Source: Candidatus Parcubacteria bacterium
GTDB taxonomy: Bacteria > Patescibacteriota > Minisyncoccia > Phycocordibacterales > Zambryskibacteraceae
Reading direction: 5' to 3'
DNA: 64,000 nt
Assembly: GCA_019661865.1 (NCBI GenBank)
Contig: JAIFWJ010000001.1
Coordinates: 110,809 to 174,808, forward strand
The notes under the pieces were generated by a model. That model worked only from the letters and a program-made list of their open reading frames with translations. It did not search any database and was not told where the DNA came from. This document shows positions 46,896-57,341 of the stretch, in pieces; positions within the stretch are counted from its first letter, which is position 1; each line of letters begins with the position of its first letter. A program made the position numbers and the translations under genes.

Positions 46896-47207
46896 ATGTC
46901 TGACAACTTAAATCGCATAAGCATTGGAGATAGGATCAGCGGAGTAGTAGTATCGGTTGCCGAGGTTAGCTGGCTTAACCGGCCGTGGATTGATTACGAC
47001 AAACGCAGGTCTTGTTCGTACTATCTAGACAAAGAGAAGGGGCGACAACTTGTACGTGAGAAAAACTCTGATCACAAGCAACGAGCGTTAATTGCTGATT
47101 GGCTTGCAATCCGTCTCGATTACGGGAGATACCTGCTTCTGGACTATCACCACCGACATATTATTGAAATTTCAGATCTACCTGAGATTAGCGCCATACA
47201 AGACTAG
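46896..47207 (+). CDS. hypothetical protein
   Basis: 103-aa ORF followed by a hairpin and TTTTTTT at ~47203..47228. Confidence 0.4.
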   Translation: MSDNLNRISIGDRISGVVVSVAEVSWLNRPWIDYDKRRSCSYYLDKEKGRQLVREKNSDHKQRALIADWLAIRLDYGRYLLLDYHHRHIIEISDLPEISAIQD

Positions 47208-47226
47208 ACACTGTCTAGTTTTTTTG

Positions 47227-47299
47227 TGGACCCTAGCGGATTCGAACCGCTGACCTCCTCATTGCAAATGAGGCGCTCTACCAACTAAGCTAAGGGCCC
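47227..47299 (-). tRNA. tRNA-Ala (anticodon UGC)
   Basis: Reverse complement is GGGCCCTTAGCTTAGTTGGTAGAGCGCCTCATTTGCAATGAGGAGGTCAGCGGTTCGAATCCGCTAGGGTCCA. G3:U70 pair, anticodon loop TTTGCAA, A73. No encoded CCA. Confidence 0.9.
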
Positions 47300-47357
47300 G
47301 TAGTACACCACATTACTGGACAAATGGCTCAAAATCAAGAAAAATATGGGCCTTAGG

Positions 47358-47428
47358 GGGCCTATAGTATAGCGGTAGAACGGTTCCATGGCATGGAACA
47401 GGTCGGGGTTCAACTCCCCGTAGGTCCA
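47358..47428 (+). tRNA. tRNA-Ala (anticodon GGC), D-stem with one mismatch
   Basis: GGGCCTA acceptor with G3:U70 and A73. Anticodon arm GTTCC-ATGGCAT-GGAAC. T-arm CGGGG-TTCAACT-CCCCG. The D-stem (GTAT/GAAC) has an A·A mismatch and a U·G pair. No CCA. Confidence 0.6.
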
Positions 47429-47439
47429 CAGGGCATATT

Positions 47440-47513
47440 GGGCGATTAGCTCAGCTGGTTAGAGCGTACGATTCACATTCGTAAGGTCACAGGTCCGATT
47501 CCTGTATCGCCCA
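47440..47513 (+). tRNA. tRNA-Val (anticodon CAC)
   Basis: GGGCGAT acceptor. D-arm GCTC-AGCTGGTTA-GAGC. Anticodon arm TACGA-TTCACAT-TCGTA. T-arm ACAGG-TCCGATT-CCTGT. A73. No CCA. Confidence 0.85.
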
Positions 47514-47582
47514 CAAATTGTAATTTTCTACACACTCTTCTGCCAGAAGATATCCTGCTCCTCCTTTCGAATGATCTATTAG

Positions 47583-48485
47583 TTAGTGTGCGAGGGAGAT
47601 AATATGATGTATATAATTCTGCATTGGTACACCGACATGAGCGAGGGAATGCACAAGTGGGGACTCTTCATGGAACTTTGGGGATGAGTTGGTTTCTAAT
47701 ATATAAATATGCCCTCGTGGAGTAACGACAAAGTCTGACTCAGAGTAATGTCTAAGCCCGAGAGCCTTATGTGCTATGCGAGACATGTCCTCAATGCTCT
47801 TATGTATATGTGTGCTGAAAGAGGTTGGGTGTGGCATAAATGCATAAAGCTTTTCTCCTCTGAAGTTCTCAAGGATTCCACAACTCGCATCTTTACCCAT
47901 TACCTTTTCTTCAACTAGAACTTTATTTGAATGAGTTAAAGCATGTTTTATTCCCTCTTTCAGTTCATGAAATGTATGAGCGACCTTCATACCTATTGAA
48001 GATCCAGCTGTTGCAGGTTTTATAATTACTGGATGCAGATAATTTCTAAATATATATATAAGATGATCGTCATTTACATCACCCCTAATAAGTTCGTGCG
48101 AAGGAGTGAGGAGTCCATGACTTTTATAAACTTCTTTAGCCATGTCTTTATTCATAGCTAGTGCTGATGCTACAGCACGAGAACCCGTATACGGAATGTT
48201 AAGAGAGCTAAGAAGTCTTTGCACTTGACCATCTTCACCATAAGCACCATGCAGAGCATTAAAGACCACATCTATCCCATGTAGTGCTCTGTATGGAAGA
48301 GCTTCTGCCCCACGCAGGTGCCACTGACCATCGTGAGAGATAAATATATCTACCGGCTCGTATTTATCTGGCATGTCTCGGAGTATAGAAAGTACATGAC
48401 CACCAGTCTTAAGAGAGACATCGTACTCTGGTGATGGTCCACCACGCAGTACTGCTACACGGAGTTTAGGAGCGAACTCTGACAT
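47583..48485 (-). CDS. ddl: D-alanine--D-alanine ligase
   Basis: 300 aa. ATP-grasp with Ddl-like N-terminus (LRVAVLRGGPSPEYDVSL). Confidence 0.85.
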   Translation of the reverse strand: MSEFAPKLRVAVLRGGPSPEYDVSLKTGGHVLSILRDMPDKYEPVDIFISHDGQWHLRGAEALPYRALHGIDVVFNALHGAYGEDGQVQRLLSSLNIPYTGSRAVASALAMNKDMAKEVYKSHGLLTPSHELIRGDVNDDHLIYIFRNYLHPVIIKPATAGSSIGMKVAHTFHELKEGIKHALTHSNKVLVEEKVMGKDASCGILENFRGEKLYAFMPHPTSFSTHIHKSIEDMSRIAHKALGLRHYSESDFVVTPRGHIYILETNSSPKFHEESPLVHSLAHVGVPMQNYIHHIISLAH

Positions 48486-48497
48486 GCAAAAATTATA

Positions 48498-49757
48498 CTA
48501 TATCCTGAAGCCTTTGCTCCTCAACTTTCTATGATATGTAATGGCGAAGCGGTGTGCCTCAACGTTCGCAAGAAGTATGGATCTGTTCCAAGTCAGAGCA
48601 AGTTCTGGATTACCCAGCACCTCACGAGCCTTATGTGATTTATCTTTCACCACTGCGACTATGGGCACTGTCATATCGAGCTCACGCAATACTTCTTCTG
48701 CGGCATTCTTCTGTGCTATTCCACCATCTATGACTATAAGACTTGGTCCTTGCCATTCTGGGTGAGTGAACCTTCTACGTAGCATTTCTTTAAGATTGTT
48801 TGTGTCATCTACCTTTACTTTGCCGCGAGTACCTCGTATACGAAACTTTCTGTACTGACTCTTATTGAGTTCTCCATCTTCGACCACAGTCATTACACCC
48901 ACAGTTTCATTGCCCGCCAAGTGTGCAATATCATAAGCCTCAATGCGAAAAATCTCATCGTTATTTGTGCGCTCCATGTCTCGCTTTATAAGTGCGATGT
49001 CGTGGATATGCTCTAAAGCATAAAGAGTGCGCTTAAGTCGAGCTGCTTCCTCGAACTTCTCTTCCTTGGCACATTTATGCATGTCACGTTCTATGCTTCT
49101 TAGAAGTTGTTCCTTCTTACCTTCGAAAAACATTTCAATGCGCTTAATGGTCCTCTTGTATTCCTGACTAGGAATCTTCCCGATACATGTACCAGGACAC
49201 AGTCCTATCTGATAGTTCCAACAAGCTCTTGGGTGCATAGGATCCATCTGCTCATCTCGTGGAATACACTTCTCATCTCTGTAAGGGAAAATCCTTCTAA
49301 TAATCTTAAGAGCCTCTCTGAGTTCCCCTCCGTGTGGGAAAGGACCGGCCACGAACCTGGCATTAAGTTCAGGATCAGAACCGTAACTTATCTCACGACC
49401 TCGTACTACCCAAATCGCAGGAAATTCTTCATCAGTTATAACTACATAATTAAAACTTTTATTGTCCTTACCTAGAGTATTGTACGGAGGCTGACGCTTC
49501 TGAATCTCGTGAGCTTCTACCATAAGTGCCTCAAGCACGGAGTCTGTGGTGTGATGCTGAATGGTCAAGGCACGCTCGACCATTTCCACGAACCTCTCAC
49601 CACGAGTTTCCTCTAAATCTGAAGCGAAGTAGCTCTTTACCCGATCTTTGAGCGAGGTGGCCTTACCGACGTAGAGAATTTCCTTCTTTGGACCCACAAA
49701 GAAGTAAACTCCCGGAGAATCGGGTAAATTTAAAGCTAAAAGCTCTTGACTATTCAT
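48498..49757 (-). CDS. uvrC: excinuclease ABC subunit C, short form lacking C-terminal (HhH)2
   Basis: GIY-YIG (GVYFFVGPKKEILYVGKA…). UvrBC-interaction helix (EEKFEEAARLKRTLYAL). Endonuclease domain (…NVEAHRFAITYHR). Ends at 419 aa. Confidence 0.85.
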   Translation of the reverse strand: MNSQELLALNLPDSPGVYFFVGPKKEILYVGKATSLKDRVKSYFASDLEETRGERFVEMVERALTIQHHTTDSVLEALMVEAHEIQKRQPPYNTLGKDNKSFNYVVITDEEFPAIWVVRGREISYGSDPELNARFVAGPFPHGGELREALKIIRRIFPYRDEKCIPRDEQMDPMHPRACWNYQIGLCPGTCIGKIPSQEYKRTIKRIEMFFEGKKEQLLRSIERDMHKCAKEEKFEEAARLKRTLYALEHIHDIALIKRDMERTNNDEIFRIEAYDIAHLAGNETVGVMTVVEDGELNKSQYRKFRIRGTRGKVKVDDTNNLKEMLRRRFTHPEWQGPSLIVIDGGIAQKNAAEEVLRELDMTVPIVAVVKDKSHKAREVLGNPELALTWNRSILLANVEAHRFAITYHRKLRSKGFRI

Positions 49758-49807
49758 GCATACTATTTTACTATATAAGTAGACACACGGACAACCATTG
49801 GAGGCTT

Positions 49808-50089
49808 ATGTCCATAACCGAAAGCGGAAGAACTTCGCTCGAGGACATCAAGACCTCGATTGGAGAAATCCTAAGCGAAGTTGACCCAAGTAACGAACGA
49901 GTGGCTGAGTGGATGGGAACAGTGTTTCTTCCTTTAGTAGAGATAGCTCGAGTAAGACTGCTTGCAGTAGACGAGCACTTAGCTGAAAAGGAGAGAGACT
50001 CTGGTCCTCATCCCAAGCTACAGGATTCAGTGAAAGAAGGTCCGAGCACGTACATTCTACCCAATACTCTCACCGGAGAGAAAACCTGA
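49808..50089 (+). CDS. hypothetical protein
   Basis: Start at internal MSITESGR… preceded by a GGAGG SD. The longer ORF from 49688 would overlap uvrC. Confidence 0.4.
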   Translation: MSITESGRTSLEDIKTSIGEILSEVDPSNERVAEWMGTVFLPLVEIARVRLLAVDEHLAEKERDSGPHPKLQDSVKEGPSTYILPNTLTGEKT

Positions 50090-50281
50090 TGCTTCTCGAC
50101 GGATCTAAACGATCTGAAGGAAGGAAGCAGAGAGGTGCGATCGAGAGAAATCCTTCACCGGAACGAAACATCATCATGTTTCGAGCCGAGAAGATTGATC
50201 TGCCGCTCCCTCGCTTGCCAAGAAAAGGTTCATGCGGATGCCTACATGGTTCCGAAGCCGCTGATTAAATTCAGTGGCTTT

Positions 50282-52903
50282 TTATTTCTTTTTATCTGCC
50301 TGGGCAGCCAGGTCCTTTCTAAGAATTTTCCTTAAGTAGACACCTGTGTGCGAGTCGGTATTCGCAACTTCTTCCGGAGTGCCATGTGCAACTAACTTCC
50401 CTCCTCCTTCTCCACCTTCTGGTCCAATATCTAGGACATAGTCGGCATTTTTTATTAGGTCCAAGTTATGCTCAATAACTACGACAGTGTTACCTTTATC
50501 TACAAGTTTCTGAAGAATTTCAATTAAGAGCTTCACATCAGCATAATGAAGTCCAATTGTAGGCTCATCAAGGATATAAATAGTTTTCTGTAAGTGTGGA
50601 CGATAAAGCTCTGAGGCAATCTTCACACGCTGTGCCTCGCCACCAGAAAGAGTCGTAGCAGACTGACCAAGCTTAAGATAACCAAGTCCCACATCATTTA
50701 AAACTTTTATCCTGTCATAGATAGCTGGAATATCCTCAAAGAAAGTTAGAGCTTCTTCTATAGTCATCTCGAGCACATCAAATATAGACTTCTTCTTGTA
50801 TCTTACCTCCAAGGTCTCCTTCATAAACCTCTTACCCTGACAGACATCGCAAGGTACATAGACAGTGGGAAGGAAGTGCATCTCCACCTCGATCATGCCG
50901 TTTCCTTGGCATGTTTCGCATCTACCTCCCTTCACATTGAATGAGAACCTATTCGACTTCCAACCCCGAGCTCGTGCTTCACTAGTCTCAGCGAAAAGTT
51001 CTCGAATAAATGTGAATGCTCCTGTGTATGTAGCAGGATTCGAACGTGGAGTTCTGCCTATGGCAGATTGATCAATGAGAATAGCGCGACCCAAGTACTC
51101 TGCTCCACTCACGCTCTGTGCATTGTATGTTTCTGCGCTTCTATACTTCTTCTCAAGCCGAGCTTGTAAATTCTTATAAAGAATTTCATATATGAAAGAA
51201 GATTTACCCGAACCGGAGACTCCAGTCACTGCTATAAGCTTACCGAGTGGTATATCTACATTTAAATTTTTAATGTTAAATATTTTCCCGCCTCGTATTT
51301 GTATTTCACCTTTCTCTGACTCTCTGCGCTTTTCTGGTATAGGTACTCTCTCTTCACCACGCAGATATGCGAGTGTAAGTGACTTCGAGTCATTCTTCTT
51401 GGCAGTTAGGAGTGGTTCTAGATAATCTGCTACTACTACCTTACCACCATGTGTGCCTGCACCTGGGCCAATATCCACTATGTAGTCTGAAGAGTATATA
51501 GTATCTTCATCGTGCTCAACTATGAGTATGGTGTTACCAAGATCGCGCAAGTTAATAAGAGTTTGGATCAACCTGTCGTTGTCTCTGGCGTGAAGACCGA
51601 TGGTGGGCTCATCGAGGACATAGAGTGCTCCCACAAGACCAGAGCCGAGCTGACTAGCTAAGCGTATCCGCTGCGCTTCACCGCCGGAGAGAGTGTGAGC
51701 ACGTCTGTCGAGTGAGAGATACTCTATACCTACGTTTAGCATGAAGTCGAGTCTGGACTCGATCTCCTTAGTTACTACTTTAGAAATATTTTTCTCACGC
51801 TGAGTTATTTTTAACTTCTTGAAGAATTCATCACTGTCCTTAATGGACATCTTTGTAAGGTCCACAATATTCTTACCACCCACAAGTACATGTAGAGATT
51901 CTTCACGGAGCCTGGAGCCCTTGCATCTTGGACATGGCTGATTGCCGAAGAAGTACTTAGTACCCAGGCCATTACACTCCGGACATGCACCGTATGGTGA
52001 GTTGAAGGAGAAGAGACGCGGCTCTATCTCAGGGAACGAGAAGCCGTCGTTCGGACATGACCACTTGGCAGACATAAGAAATTCATCTGGCTTCTCACCT
52101 TCCTTGGCTGTGTCACGGAAGCGTATAACAAGAAGTCCATCAGACTCTTCAACTGCTTTCTCTATGGCTTCTGAAAGACGTTCATGGGCAGCTTTCTCAT
52201 CCGTTTTAAATTCGCTCACACTTATGGAATCCACAAGGACTGAAATGTTGTGAGCCTTGGTCTTAGTAAGCTCTATGCGCTCACGGAGTTTCTTCCTATT
52301 ACCATCCACAAGTACTTCCGTGTATCCCTTACCTAGGAGATCATAAAGAAGTTGGTAATACTCGCCCTTCCTACCGCGCACCAGTGGAGCATAGATCTCT
52401 ACATACACTGGCATGGGAATCTTTTTGTCTTTAGGAAGGCTTGCTACCTTCTCATCTACTCTCTCCAGGACAAAGTTCTTTATTTCTTCATTAGAAAGTT
52501 TCTTAATCTCTTCTCCACAGACGAGACAGTGCGGACGACCAATGCGCGCATAGAGAATACGCAAGTAATCGTAAATCTCTGTAATGGTAGCTACGGTGGA
52601 GCGAGGATTGTTCGAGCGTGACTTCTGGTCAATAGATATGGCTGGGGAAAGGCCACTGATTTCATCTACATCTGGCTTCTGCATCTGGCGTAAGAACTGG
52701 CGCGCATAAGAAGAGAGCGATTCTACGTATCGCCTCTGTCCTTCTGCGAAGATGGTGTCGAACGCAAGTGAGGACTTACCAGAGCCCGAGAGTCCGGTAA
52801 ATACAATCATCTTGCCTCTCGGCATTTCCACCGTGATGTTCTTAAGGTTATGAGTGCGAGCACCCTTAACTACAATAAGATCTCCTGGTTTGTCTTTTGC
52901 CAT
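50282..52903 (-). CDS. uvrA: excinuclease ABC subunit A
   Basis: 873 aa. Two ABC ATPase modules ([14 protein letters not shown]…, [10 protein letters not shown]…) and Zn-finger Cys clusters. Confidence 0.95.
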   Translation of the reverse strand: MAKDKPGDLIVVKGARTHNLKNITVEMPRGKMIVFTGLSGSGKSSLAFDTIFAEGQRRYVESLSSYARQFLRQMQKPDVDEISGLSPAISIDQKSRSNNPRSTVATITEIYDYLRILYARIGRPHCLVCGEEIKKLSNEEIKNFVLERVDEKVASLPKDKKIPMPVYVEIYAPLVRGRKGEYYQLLYDLLGKGYTEVLVDGNRKKLRERIELTKTKAHNISVLVDSISVSEFKTDEKAAHERLSEAIEKAVEESDGLLVIRFRDTAKEGEKPDEFLMSAKWSCPNDGFSFPEIEPRLFSFNSPYGACPECNGLGTKYFFGNQPCPRCKGSRLREESLHVLVGGKNIVDLTKMSIKDSDEFFKKLKITQREKNISKVVTKEIESRLDFMLNVGIEYLSLDRRAHTLSGGEAQRIRLASQLGSGLVGALYVLDEPTIGLHARDNDRLIQTLINLRDLGNTILIVEHDEDTIYSSDYIVDIGPGAGTHGGKVVVADYLEPLLTAKKNDSKSLTLAYLRGEERVPIPEKRRESEKGEIQIRGGKIFNIKNLNVDIPLGKLIAVTGVSGSGKSSFIYEILYKNLQARLEKKYRSAETYNAQSVSGAEYLGRAILIDQSAIGRTPRSNPATYTGAFTFIRELFAETSEARARGWKSNRFSFNVKGGRCETCQGNGMIEVEMHFLPTVYVPCDVCQGKRFMKETLEVRYKKKSIFDVLEMTIEEALTFFEDIPAIYDRIKVLNDVGLGYLKLGQSATTLSGGEAQRVKIASELYRPHLQKTIYILDEPTIGLHYADVKLLIEILQKLVDKGNTVVVIEHNLDLIKNADYVLDIGPEGGEGGGKLVAHGTPEEVANTDSHTGVYLRKILRKDLAAQADKKK

Positions 52904-53001
52904 AGCATAGTGTCCCAGGGCGTGGCCCTAGGGTTACCCTATGAGTTTATCACATATCCACCATTGACGAAACTTGGAGGAGTTATATCGTTAATGCCAG
53001 A

Positions 53002-53343
53002 ATGTTCTCATCTCTGGAGAGTACAATGTCACACTCACCGGTGACCATAGAATTAGTCGACGTGAAAAATGTGTGTCGCATTGCCCAGATCACTCCACTG
53101 CGTCTTACCGACGCTCTCAGATCATCAGACGGAGCTCCATCTTCGCTTGATATGCTCGACAGGAGGATGCGGGCACGAGCAGATCTGAATCGTATCCGTC
53201 AAAAGCCAGATAAAGTGAAACTCGGAGCTGCCACACTTCTCTTTCAGTACCGCCGAGAATGTGAGCTAGGCAATAAGGAAATCGACTCTGAAGTCGAGAA
53301 CATCTTCATCCGCCGAATTGCTGATGTCACTCACTGGCCCTGA
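53002..53343 (+). CDS. hypothetical protein
   Basis: 113-aa ORF divergent from uvrA, followed by a hairpin (AAGCTG…CAGCTT) and TTTTTT. Confidence 0.35.
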   Translation: MFSSLESTMSHSPVTIELVDVKNVCRIAQITPLRLTDALRSSDGAPSSLDMLDRRMRARADLNRIRQKPDKVKLGAATLLFQYRRECELGNKEIDSEVENIFIRRIADVTHWP

Positions 53344-53365
53344 TCACACCAAGCTGCCTGAGACT

Positions 53366-55411
53366 TTAGACAGCTTTTTTCTTTTTAGATTTATTCACTT
53401 TACCTAACTTTGTCTCTAGTGCTTTTATTTCATCTCGTAATATAGCTGCTGATTCGAAGTCGAGGTCGTGGACGGCTGTTTCCATCTCCTTCTCCTTCTG
53501 CTTAATGAGCTTCTCTGGATTCTTTTCAAAGAGCTTGGCATCTGTCTCAAGCAAGAGATCCACAGCTTGATGATGCTCGCGTTCAAGTGTGTCTGTAATA
53601 TCCTTAATCTTCTTAAGAATTGTTTTCGGGGTTATATTGTGTTCCTTGTTGTACGCCGTCTGTATGGTGCGTCTACGGTTGGTCTCGCCAATGGCTCTCT
53701 CCATGGATCCTGTTACTTTGTCAGCATAGAGGACTACATGTCCTTCCACATTCCTCGCTGCGCGACCAATGATCTGTATAAGAGAAGTTTCCGATCTTAA
53801 AAATCCTTCTTTATCTGCATCAAGTATTCCTATAAACATTACTTCAGGAAGATCTAGTCCTTCTCGAAGGAGGTTCACTCCCACAAGTACATCGAAGTCT
53901 CCTCTTCTAAATTGAGTTAATATTTCAATACGCTCTATGGTTTTAATGTCACTGTGAAGATATTCTGTTTTTATCTTTCTCTCCTTTAGATACTCTGCGA
54001 GATCCTCTGCCATCTTCTTGGTAAGTGTGGTGGCCATGGCACGTCCGCCCTTCTTGATTACTTTCTCTGCTTCGTCTATGAAATCCATGATCTGACCTTT
54101 GTAGGTAGATTTTTCTTGTATAGGTCTTACTTCTACAATAGGGTCAACAAGTCCTGTGGGACGTATGACTTGCTCAACTACTTTCTTGCTATTTTCTTTT
54201 TCGAACTTGCTTGGTGTGGCAGAAGTAAATATCACTTGTCCGACACGCTTCTCGAATTCATCGAACTTGAGAGGTCTATTGTCTCGCGCTGACGGCAGTC
54301 TGAAACCGTGCTCGACCAGTGTGTCCTTCCTCGACTTGTCTCCGGCATACATACCGCCAACTTGAGGTATGGTCACGTGCGACTCATCGATTATAGTTAA
54401 GAAATCCGGAGATCCATCTGCTTTGTGAGGAAAGTACGAGAGCAGAGTATCTGGTGGCTCGCCAGGTTTTTTACCAGAGAAGTGACGAGAATAGTTCTCT
54501 ATACCATTACAGTATCCAACTTCTCGGATGAGTGCCAAGTCATAAGAAGTTCTGCGTTTAAGCCTGTCTGCCTCAAGGATCTTGCCTTCTTTCTTAAATA
54601 ATTCTAGTTGATCCTCTAACTCACTCTTAATACTCTCTAGTGCACGCTTCAACTGGTCATCAGCCGTTATAAAGTGCTTGGCCGGGAAGAGATAGAAAAA
54701 ATCTAGTTCGTTTATGATACTTCTTGTCACTCCGTCTATACGTTTGATAGCCTCAATCATCCCTTCTTCTATTTCTATACGATAAATATTTCTCTCTGAT
54801 GTGGGCATTACCTCGACGGCATTCCCCAATGCTCTGAACTGTCCAGGAGTTAAATCTCCGTTTGTACGTGTGAAGTGAATACGAATAAGTTCACGAATGA
54901 AATCTGCTCGCGAGACTGGACTTCCTTTCACAATCTTCATATTCACCTTCTCGTATTCCTCAGGACTTCCTAGTCCGTATATACATGAGACAGATGCGAC
55001 GATGATTACATCCTTACGAGTCAAGAGTGCCTGAGTAGATGCGTGACGGAGTCTCTCAATCTCTTCATTTATCATTGCTTCTTTCTCTATATACGTATCA
55101 GTAACAGGAAGATATGCCTCTGGCTGATAGTAGTCATAGTAAGAGACAAAGTAATGCACAGCATTGTCTGGGAAGAACTCTCTGTACTCTTGTGCGAGTT
55201 GCGCTGCTAGAGTCTTATTATGAGCTATGACAAGGGTGGGCTTACCGATGTTCGCGATGACGTTCGCTGCTGTAAAGGTCTTACCTGAGCCAGTGACACC
55301 AAGAAGCGTCTGGTAGCGCAGACCATCTTGAACACCTTTTGTGAGCTCGTCTATGGCCTTAGGCTGGTCTCCTGCAGGCTGAAACTCATTGTTAATCTTA
55401 AAAATTGACAT
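53366..55411 (-). CDS. uvrB: excinuclease ABC subunit B
   Basis: Walker A GVTGSGKTFT. Helicase motifs. C-terminal UVR domain. Start placed at MSIFKINN…. The TTG start at 55456 coincides with the -35 hexamer of the predicted promoter. Confidence 0.93.
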   Translation of the reverse strand: MSIFKINNEFQPAGDQPKAIDELTKGVQDGLRYQTLLGVTGSGKTFTAANVIANIGKPTLVIAHNKTLAAQLAQEYREFFPDNAVHYFVSYYDYYQPEAYLPVTDTYIEKEAMINEEIERLRHASTQALLTRKDVIIVASVSCIYGLGSPEEYEKVNMKIVKGSPVSRADFIRELIRIHFTRTNGDLTPGQFRALGNAVEVMPTSERNIYRIEIEEGMIEAIKRIDGVTRSIINELDFFYLFPAKHFITADDQLKRALESIKSELEDQLELFKKEGKILEADRLKRRTSYDLALIREVGYCNGIENYSRHFSGKKPGEPPDTLLSYFPHKADGSPDFLTIIDESHVTIPQVGGMYAGDKSRKDTLVEHGFRLPSARDNRPLKFDEFEKRVGQVIFTSATPSKFEKENSKKVVEQVIRPTGLVDPIVEVRPIQEKSTYKGQIMDFIDEAEKVIKKGGRAMATTLTKKMAEDLAEYLKERKIKTEYLHSDIKTIERIEILTQFRRGDFDVLVGVNLLREGLDLPEVMFIGILDADKEGFLRSETSLIQIIGRAARNVEGHVVLYADKVTGSMERAIGETNRRRTIQTAYNKEHNITPKTILKKIKDITDTLEREHHQAVDLLLETDAKLFEKNPEKLIKQKEKEMETAVHDLDFESAAILRDEIKALETKLGKVNKSKKKKAV

Positions 55412-55427
55412 TATCTGTATTATTGAC

Positions 55428-55456
55428 AGTATAAACTTTTCGATACTTAAAAACAA
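55428..55456 (-). promoter_or_regulatory. putative uvrB promoter (TTGTTT-17-TATACT)
   Basis: Minus strand hexamers with 17-nt spacer. The ATG of uvrB is ~16 nt downstream of the -10. Confidence 0.4.
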
Positions 55457-55460
55457 AAAT

Positions 55461-55480
55461 GCCGGACTTTAGGTCCGGCG
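55461..55480 (-). terminator. rho-independent terminator (GCCGGAC-CTAAA-GTCCGGC + ATTTTTGTTTTT on minus strand)
   Basis: Terminates the tgt / small basic ORF transcript, upstream of the uvrB promoter. Confidence 0.6.
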
Positions 55481-55490
55481 AGATCATCTG

Positions 55491-55655
55491 CTATCTGTTT
55501 CTTTGGAAAACTACGCTTCTCAGTCGGCAGCCAATATGAGGAGAGAGTCTGGGTACAGGGCCTTTGTATCGTCTCATCCGGGGAATTCGGACAAGATAAC
55601 CATGCACCTTGTTCTTGGCAGCGCGAACTTTAACGCGAAGCGCGGATGCAGACAT
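55491..55655 (-). CDS. hypothetical small highly basic protein (54 aa; alternatively part of an ncRNA)
   Basis: MSASALRVKVRAAKNKVHGYLVRIPRMRRYKG… is r-protein-like in composition, but no family recognised. The track ORF starts with TTG at 55682. GC-rich and structured on the minus strand. Confidence 0.3.
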   Translation of the reverse strand: MSASALRVKVRAAKNKVHGYLVRIPRMRRYKGPVPRLSPHIGCRLRSVVFQRNR

Positions 55656-55740
55656 GGATCTCCGGACTGAGGTAACGAACAAAACCCAAATTTAAAACTA
55701 TCAATTTAGGGTTTAAGTGTCAAAGAAGAGGTGGGGATTC

Positions 55741-56946
55741 CTAGTGTAAATACCGAGCGAGAAACTCTTTCTTAAATTTTTCAAAGTTGTCTTCGAGTAT
55801 TGACTGCCTCATCCTCTTAACTAGGTTCACAATGAAATATAAGTTATGTATAGAACCAAGAGTCCCTCCAAGCATCTCATGTGCTCGCATAAGATGACAG
55901 ACATAAGCACGCGAGTAATTCTTGCACACATAACACTGACATTCTGAATCTATAGAAGTTGGATCATCTCTGAACTCGGCATTACGAATATTAATCTTGC
56001 CTTTATGAGTATAGAGTGTGCCACCTCTACCGTTTCTGGTGGGAGCCACACAGTCGAAGAGATCCACTCCATTCTCTACCCCCATGAAGAGATCTTCCGG
56101 CTCTCCTATACCAAGCAAGTGTCTAGGTTTATCCTCTGGTAGTACTTCATTTACCCAACGAACAGCAGTGGACATATCCTCCTTGGCGAATGATCCACCG
56201 ATACCGAAGCCGTCGAAGTCGAGTGAGGAAATATATTTTGCAGACTTCTTGCGTAGACCTTCGTCTCTGCCACCTTGTACAATACCGAAGAGTGCTTGCC
56301 GCTCAGAATTACCTTTCGACTTGTGATACTCCAGACTTCTCTTGGCCCATATGTGAGTTCTTTCTAATGCCTCTTCTTGGTACTTCAGAGTTTCTGTAGG
56401 AGATGTACATTCATCAAATGCGAATATTATATCTGCACCCAAGTCGTGCTGGATCTCTACTGACTTCTCTGGAGTTATGTAATGAAGAGATCCATCATGA
56501 TGTGATCTGAAGGACACTCCATCTTGTCCGATCTTAGCAAGTCTCGGTATTTCATCTTCACTTGACCTTTCGGCTATCATTAAAGAGGGGTCAGTGATTT
56601 GAGTAACTTTCGAAATCCCTTTCCCGTAAGCAGCACCCAAAGAGAAAACTTGGAACCCTCCTGAGTCAGTCATGATGGGCAGAGGCCAGTTCATAAACTT
56701 GTGGAGTCCTCCAAGATTTTTCACCCTACCGGGACCTGGGTCAAGATAAAGATGATATGTATTTGCAAGTACTACTTCCGCTCCAAGATCTCTAACCTCT
56801 TCTGGAGTCAGAGCTTTCACTGCTGCCTTGGTACCGACACTTACGAATGCTGGAGTATGGATAGCTCCGTGTGGTGTTAGAAGTATACCAGCACGACCGA
56901 GTTTCTGCTGTAACTTCTTTTCTATAGAGAATTTTAGAGAAGACAT
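55741..56946 (-). CDS. tgt: queuine tRNA-ribosyltransferase
   Basis: …VLANTYHLYLDPG…, DSGGFQV. C-terminal Zn site CQCYVCKNY…CHLMRAHE. Confidence 0.9.
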   Translation of the reverse strand: MSSLKFSIEKKLQQKLGRAGILLTPHGAIHTPAFVSVGTKAAVKALTPEEVRDLGAEVVLANTYHLYLDPGPGRVKNLGGLHKFMNWPLPIMTDSGGFQVFSLGAAYGKGISKVTQITDPSLMIAERSSEDEIPRLAKIGQDGVSFRSHHDGSLHYITPEKSVEIQHDLGADIIFAFDECTSPTETLKYQEEALERTHIWAKRSLEYHKSKGNSERQALFGIVQGGRDEGLRKKSAKYISSLDFDGFGIGGSFAKEDMSTAVRWVNEVLPEDKPRHLLGIGEPEDLFMGVENGVDLFDCVAPTRNGRGGTLYTHKGKINIRNAEFRDDPTSIDSECQCYVCKNYSRAYVCHLMRAHEMLGGTLGSIHNLYFIVNLVKRMRQSILEDNFEKFKKEFLARYLH

Positions 56947-57043
56947 TACAGTACCATATCAAATTGTGTTCTAATTTGTAATAGAAAGTAAGACTCCCCG
57001 TCTTTCTACGTCGACAGCTCTTTCTCCTTCCCTTAGGTGAGCC

Positions 57044-57241
57044 ATGCTACGTTCCAGCCCAAGTATAGAGGTGAGTCGCTCTCATCTCCTAAACTCTAGG
57101 CCCTGCTTGCCAGACCCGCTACCAGATGACGAAGTTGAGCTTCAGACTCTGTATGATACCTTCCTCGCCTATCATCAGATAGTCCCGAAGTTTACTACAG
57201 AGCTGGATATAATTAACCGCAAGCAACGCAGAGTTGATTGA
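57044..57241 (+). CDS. hypothetical small protein
   Basis: 65-aa ORF followed by terminator ACCGGGA-CACA-TTCCCGGT + TTTTTTG at 57242..57268. Confidence 0.3.
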   Translation: MLRSSPSIEVSRSHLLNSRPCLPDPLPDDEVELQTLYDTFLAYHQIVPKFTTELDIINRKQRRVD

Positions 57242-57341
57242 ACCGGGACACATTCCCGGTTTTTTGTATGGTAGAACTAGATCCTCCAAAGTGGTATAAA
57301 TACCGGCAGACTAGCACCTTAAACTCTCGCCCGGAGAAGAG

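Noticed and set aside
55456-55456. TTG start for uvrB at 55456 and long N-terminal extensions for ychF (44088) and rplQ (22407)
   Set aside because: Internal ATG starts (55411, 44007, 22338) give canonical N-termini and remove overlaps with promoter elements or neighbouring genes.
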